From Naegleria gruberi (Eukaryota), in assembly GCA_000004985.1 (NCBI GenBank), contig GG739366.1: a stretch of 1,625 bases of DNA; one strand, 5' to 3'. A program made the position numbers and the translations under genes. Positions 1 to 1,625 of the stretch are shown here, piece by piece. Numbering within the stretch: the first letter of the stretch is position 1; every line of letters begins with the position of its first letter. A model generated the notes under the pieces. The model saw only the letters and a list, made by a program, of their open reading frames with translations. It was not told where the DNA came from and searched no databases.

Positions 1-7
1 TTATTTA

Positions 8-15
8 TATAAATA
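8..15 (+). promoter_or_regulatory. Candidate TATA box (TATAAATA) followed by an oligo-dT run, for the small heat-shock gene
   Basis: Seen directly: tatataaata at 6-15 followed by tttt at 16-19, the usual dictyostelid core-promoter layout (TATA, then a T-run, then a transcription start about 30 bp downstream). That puts transcription start near 40-55, which is downstream of ATG 38. ATG 122 is then the first AUG in the mRNA, since no ATG occurs between about 45 and 121. TATA-like strings do occur by chance in DNA this AT-rich. Confidence 0.35.
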
Positions 16-121
16 TTTTAATAGTACATATCATGAGATGTGTACTCTAATTAAAAAAACAACACCAGAACTACAACTACTCATCACTTTAATCAAGTAT
101 AATAATATTAATAATTTGAAA

Positions 122-634
122 ATGTCAATTGTTAAAAAATTATTTGGTGGATCTCCAAGTAAACAACCATCATTATTTAAAACATCCATATATAGAAAAT
201 CAGATCCATTTTATAATTTTATTAATCAATTTAGTGAAAATGATTTAATTCAACCATTAATATCTTCATCTCTTTTACCATTACCAGTTGATGTTAAAGA
301 ATCAGATAAAGAATTTGAATTACTTGCTGATATTCCTGGTTTTTCTAAAAATGAAATTAATTGCCTAATTGATCAAGATAAACATTTGTTAACTTTAAAA
401 GGTGAAAAGAAAGAAGAAAATGAAGAAAATGAAGGAAATTATATTATCAAAGAACGTTATTATAATTCCTTTACAAGACATTTTGATATTCCTTCAAATG
501 TTAATTTAGATCAAATTAAAGCTCAATTAAAAAATGGTCAACTTAAATTAACAATTCCAAAATTAGAAAATCAAAATGAAACTGAAAATGTTAATAATAT
601 TAAGAATATTGAAATTAATACTTTAAATGAATAA
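122..634 (+). CDS. Small heat-shock protein, Hsp20/alpha-crystallin family (170 aa); resembles the dictyostelid hspG paralogue group
   Basis: The translation carries a textbook alpha-crystallin domain: PVDVKESDKEFELLADIPGFSKNEINCLI...LTLKGEKK...ERYYNSFTRHFDIPSNVNLDQIKAQLKNGQLKLTIPK. Its N-terminal region has an SDPFYNF (DPF-type) motif, and its C-terminal tail has an I-x-I motif (NIEIN). I chose ATG 122 as the start because of its context ttgaaaATGtca, the 5'UTR-like A-rich sequence upstream, and the TATA box at 8-15. The track ORF 38..634 is the same frame with a non-coding-looking 28-aa extension (MCTLIKKTTPELQLLITLIKYNNINNLK). The stop is TAA at 632-634. No intron is needed. Codon usage (TTA, CCA, GGT, AGA, CAA, GAA) fits the genome. 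Confidence 0.9.
   Translation: MSIVKKLFGGSPSKQPSLFKTSIYRKSDPFYNFINQFSENDLIQPLISSSLLPLPVDVKESDKEFELLADIPGFSKNEINCLIDQDKHLLTLKGEKKEENEENEGNYIIKERYYNSFTRHFDIPSNVNLDQIKAQLKNGQLKLTIPKLENQNETENVNNIKNIEINTLNE
284..562 (+). other. Alpha-crystallin domain (ACD) core of the small heat-shock protein; it contains an acidic KKEENEENEGN insertion encoded by a GAA-rich purine tract at 401-439
   Basis: Conserved ACD landmarks can be read in the translation: the ADIPGF strand, the R in ERYYNSFTR, and the GxL motif in NGQLKLTIPK. The EEN-EEN insertion lies between the LTLKGEKK strand and ERYY, a loop that varies in length between small heat-shock proteins. Confidence 0.8.
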
Positions 635-635
635 A
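630..635 (+). terminator. AATAAA polyadenylation-signal hexamer overlapping the heat-shock gene stop codon; more copies at 728-733 and 736-741
   Basis: Seen directly: tgAATAAAttt. AATAAA is common by chance in DNA that is 93% A+T, so which copy is used cannot be told from sequence. Confidence 0.3.
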
Positions 636-750
636 TTTCTTTTAAATTTCTTCTAAATTTCCCATTAATTAAATATTACAATAATATTTAATAATATACT
701 AATAATTAATAATAATTATAATTAATTAATAAAATAATAAATATTAATAA
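635..750. other. Convergent intergenic / dual 3'UTR region between the plus-strand heat-shock gene and the minus-strand microprotein gene
   Basis: The 116 bp between the two stop codons are about 93% A+T, with no G and only a few C. A candidate minus-strand ATTAAA signal appears as plus-strand tttaat at 687-692, about 60 nt past the minus-strand stop. Confidence 0.6.
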
Positions 751-963
751 TTAATCTCTTCTTGTTCTAATTTGATGTACAAGTGCTGGATTTTGATTTT
801 TTAATATTTGTGGATTAATTTGATCATACATTCTATGATTTTTTTGTACATGAAATTTCTCTCTTAATAATTCTTCATATTCAAGTCTTTCATTATGAAA
901 CATTAATCCTTTCTTTTCATCATCACGTACTCCTACTATTGCTAATATAACTGGTATTATCAT
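751..963 (-). CDS. Small protein (70 aa as a single exon): short N-terminal hydrophobic segment (MIIPVILAIVGV) followed by a charged, helix-prone tail (RDDEKKGLMFHNERLEYEELLREKFH...RTRRD); family unassigned
   Basis: A 70-codon open frame in roughly 72% A+T sequence is longer than expected by chance. G+C rises to about 28% across 754-960 against about 7% in the flanking intergenic DNA. Codon choice matches the neighbouring genes (CCA, TTA, AGA, CAA, GAA). The stop is TAA at 753-751. The start as drawn is ATG at 963-961, but its context (agtggaATGata) lacks the usual A-run, and the hydrophobic stretch is too short for a full transmembrane helix. See the finding on a possible upstream exon. I see a weak, unverified resemblance to single-pass mitochondrial respiratory-complex accessory subunits (COX6C-like V-x-D-x-x-K-K-[AG] and [FY]EE[ML].[RK] patterns). 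Confidence 0.55.
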   Translation of the reverse strand: MIIPVILAIVGVRDDEKKGLMFHNERLEYEELLREKFHVQKNHRMYDQINPQILKNQNPALVHQIRTRRD

Positions 964-987
964 TCCACTTGTTATTATATATATTTA

Positions 988-1034
988 TATTATTATTATT
1001 ATTATTATTATATTGATGATGATGATATATATAT
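988..1034. repeat. Compound microsatellite (TAT)8 at 988-1011, (GAT)4 at 1015-1026, (AT)5 at 1025-1034
   Basis: Seen directly. It lies immediately upstream, in minus-strand sense, of the 70-aa ORF, in either its 5' leader or an intron. Confidence 0.9.
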
Positions 1035-1051
1035 GATAATGTTCATGTTGT

Positions 1052-1096
1052 TGATGATGGTGATGATTATTTGTTGATGATAAAGTGATGATGAAT
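1052..1096. repeat. Imperfect GAT/GTT-rich triplet tract (tgatgatggtgatgat ... gatgatgaat)
   Basis: Seen directly. Read on the minus strand it is CAT/CAC/CAA-rich (HHHHQQHEH in the frame of the downstream ORF), but an in-frame TAA 8 codons before ATG 963 follows it. Confidence 0.7.
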
Positions 1097-1252
1097 AAAA
1101 AAGCCTTTAAAAAAGAAACGTACAATGAAGCATATTTCATTACTTTCATTTTTTTATATTTAATTTTTTTATTAGAAATGTTATCAGGAAATTCTCATCC
1201 ATTAAATATATTTAATATTAAGAGATCACTTTACAATCGAGTTGTTTTTCAT

Positions 1253-1260
1253 ACACGTGT
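1253..1260. promoter_or_regulatory. ACACGTGT 8-bp perfect palindrome (CACGTG E-box/G-box core) in the divergent promoter, part of a local G/C-containing 13-mer, ACACGTGTCGAAG
   Basis: Seen directly. It stands out against the AT-rich background. A second ACGTGT occurs at 1304-1309. Function is not established from sequence. Confidence 0.3.
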
Positions 1261-1267
1261 CGAAGAG

Positions 1268-1278
1268 TTTAAATTTCC
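1268..1278 (+). promoter_or_regulatory. Copy 1 of the 11-bp direct repeat TTTAAATTTCC, about 75 bp upstream of ATG 1342, preceded by ACGTGT + cgaagag
   Basis: Seen directly: identical 11-mers at 1268-1278 and 1310-1320. Each follows an ACGTGT hexamer (1255-1260 and 1304-1309), so the repeated unit is composite, ACGTGT(n1-7)TTTAAATTTCC. It could be a TATA-like core element at about -30 from a transcription start near 1300, or a transcription-factor site. Confidence 0.3.
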
Positions 1279-1309
1279 AAGCAATAAGCCTTCAATGAAT
1301 TTTACGTGT

Positions 1310-1330
1310 TTTAAATTTCCGAAATTTCAA
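1310..1330 (+). promoter_or_regulatory. Copy 2 of TTTAAATTTCC embedded in a 21-bp near-palindrome TTTAAATTTC-c-GAAATTTCAA (9 of 10 arm matches), 12-32 bp upstream of ATG 1342
   Basis: Seen directly. The reverse complement of 1310-1330 is ttgaaatttcggaaatttaaa. The core AAATTTC c GAAATTT has symmetric 7-bp arms. It contains TTCcGAAatTTC, which looks like a heat-shock element or a STAT-binding GAS site but has non-canonical spacing. Confidence 0.3.
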
Positions 1331-1341
1331 TTTGCAAAAAA

Positions 1342-1625
1342 ATGTCCAACAAGAATAATCATCATCATGATCATCATCAGCCTAACTTGACGACTAGTAA
1401 GAAATATATAAAACAAGAGGAAGATGAATTATCAACAATAACAAGAAAGTTATCATCATCACCTACTACTACGGAATCACTTTCTCCTTCTCCACCTATA
1501 AAAGCCTCATCAACATCATCATTAGGCTCATCATTGAATTATGATAAAATTGATAAAACTGATAATAATAATAGTAATAATAATATATTTAGAAGAATTC
1601 TTAATTATATAATACATACACTTTA
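1342..1625 (+). CDS. 5' end of a protein-coding gene, open to the window end (94+ codons), with a low-complexity His/Ser/Thr/Asn-rich N-terminus of unknown function: MSNKNNHHHDHHQPNLTTSKKYIKQEEDELSTITRKLSSSPTTTESLSPSPPIKASSTSSLGSSLNYDKIDKTDNNNSNNNIFRRILNYIIHTL...
   Basis: The start context is caaaaaaaATGtcc, a typical A-run start context. In frame 1 (coordinates congruent to 1 mod 3) I found no stop codon from 1342 to 1625 by manual codon-by-codon reading, which is unlikely by chance in AT-rich DNA. G+C is raised (for example cctactactacggaatcactttctccttctccacc). The six-frame track omits it only because it has no in-window stop. The overlapping track ORF 1085..1390 is in a different frame. 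Confidence 0.65.
   Translation, partial: MSNKNNHHHDHHQPNLTTSKKYIKQEEDELSTITRKLSSSPTTTESLSPSPPIKASSTSSLGSSLNYDKIDKTDNNNSNNNIFRRILNYIIHTL
1360..1377 (+). repeat. (CAT)3 GAT (CAT)2 coding triplet repeat giving HHHDHH
   Basis: Seen directly, inside the CDS that starts at 1342. Confidence 0.8.

Noticed and set aside
38-121. N-terminal 28-codon extension of the heat-shock ORF from ATG 38
   Set aside because: The sequence looks like a 5'UTR (A-rich with CAA/CTA runs) and the peptide is not small-heat-shock-like. The TATA box at 8-15 places the transcription start at or beyond this ATG. ATG 122 has the canonical gaaaATG context and starts a normal small-heat-shock N-terminal region. I kept it only as a possible minor isoform.
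982-989. Minus-strand TATAAATA (plus-strand tatttata) as a TATA box for the 751..963 gene
   Set aside because: It lies only about 20 bp upstream of ATG 963, so the transcription start would fall inside the coding region. It sits within an (AT)n/(TAT)n microsatellite, where such strings arise by chance.
1124-1252. Other minus-strand ATGs (1198, 1252) as alternative first exons
   Set aside because: ATG 1198 hits TGA after 4 codons. ATG 1252 gives MKNNSIVK* and its GTAAAG donor at 1234 is phase 0, which is incompatible with the only available acceptor (phase 2 at 968). Only the 1149/1123 combination is phase-compatible.
1317-1328. Canonical heat-shock element
   Set aside because: The TTC/GAA/TTC units are spaced 4 and 5 nt apart rather than the 5/5 required for contiguous nGAAn pentamers. 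I recorded it as a look-alike only.
1085-1390. Track ORF of 101 aa (MMMNKKAFKK...FITFIFLYLIFLL...RIIIIMIIISLT) on the plus strand
   Set aside because: The sequence is T-rich with promoter-like composition: poly-T tracts translate to F/L/I runs. It contains the palindromic and repeated regulatory-looking motifs. It overlaps the well-supported ATG 1342 gene in a different frame, reading the (CAT)n His-coding repeat as IIIIMIII. It has no A-run start context and its start lies inside a GAT microsatellite. I judge it a chance ORF.
1398-1403. GTAAGA as a splice donor inside the third gene
   Set aside because: The downstream sequence stays open in frame for more than 75 codons with raised G+C and coding-like codon usage. 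An AT-rich intron would hit stop codons quickly. No intron is needed.
1-1625. Prokaryotic or mobile-element interpretations (CRISPR array, insertion sequence, phage genes, tRNA)
   Set aside because: There are no regular repeat-spacer arrays and no terminal inverted repeats flanking an ORF. Nothing folds convincingly as a cloverleaf, given this G+C content. The simple repeats are triplet or dinucleotide microsatellites typical of dictyostelid intergenic DNA.

Overview
This 1,625-bp window is extremely AT-rich eukaryotic nuclear DNA, roughly 80% A+T overall, with intergenic stretches that contain almost no G or C. The composition, the A-run start-codon contexts (aaaaaaATG), the triplet microsatellites and the Asn/Ser/His low-complexity coding all point to a dictyostelid social amoeba such as Dictyostelium. 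An AT-rich apicomplexan cannot be excluded from sequence alone, but the tight gene packing argues against it. No prokaryotic-style features are present: no CRISPR, tRNA, rRNA or mobile elements.

I read three protein-coding genes:
1. A complete, intronless small heat-shock protein gene on the plus strand. It has an unmistakable alpha-crystallin (Hsp20) domain. I place the true start at ATG 122, not at the ORF-track ATG 38. A TATAAATA box sits at 8-15.
2. A 70-codon ORF on the minus strand (751..963), convergent with the heat-shock gene and separated from it by a 116-bp stretch that is about 93% A+T. Its G+C content rises to about 28% against about 7% in the flanks, and its codon usage fits the genome. 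It looks like a real single-pass membrane microprotein, but I cannot assign a family. A 26-nt upstream mini-exon plus a 156-nt microsatellite-filled intron is a phase-compatible alternative model.
3. The 5' end of a plus-strand gene starting at ATG 1342 (aaaaaaATG) and running off the window. It encodes a His-rich, Ser/Thr-rich, poly-Asn N-terminus. The ORF track missed it because it has no stop in the window.

Genes 2 and 3 share a 380-bp divergent promoter region (964..1341). It holds a compound (TAT)8(GAT)4(AT)5 microsatellite and a GAT-rich tract. It also has a G/C-containing ACACGTGT palindrome and a twice-repeated ACGTGT...TTTAAATTTCC composite motif. A 21-bp near-palindrome (TTTAAATTTC c GAAATTTCAA) lies just upstream of ATG 1342.

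The track ORF 1085..1390 is spurious: it is T-rich noncoding sequence that runs into the real gene in the wrong frame.

Nothing here needs an exotic new system to explain it. The items most worth follow-up are the unassignable microprotein gene with its possible hidden first exon, and the repeated promoter motifs.
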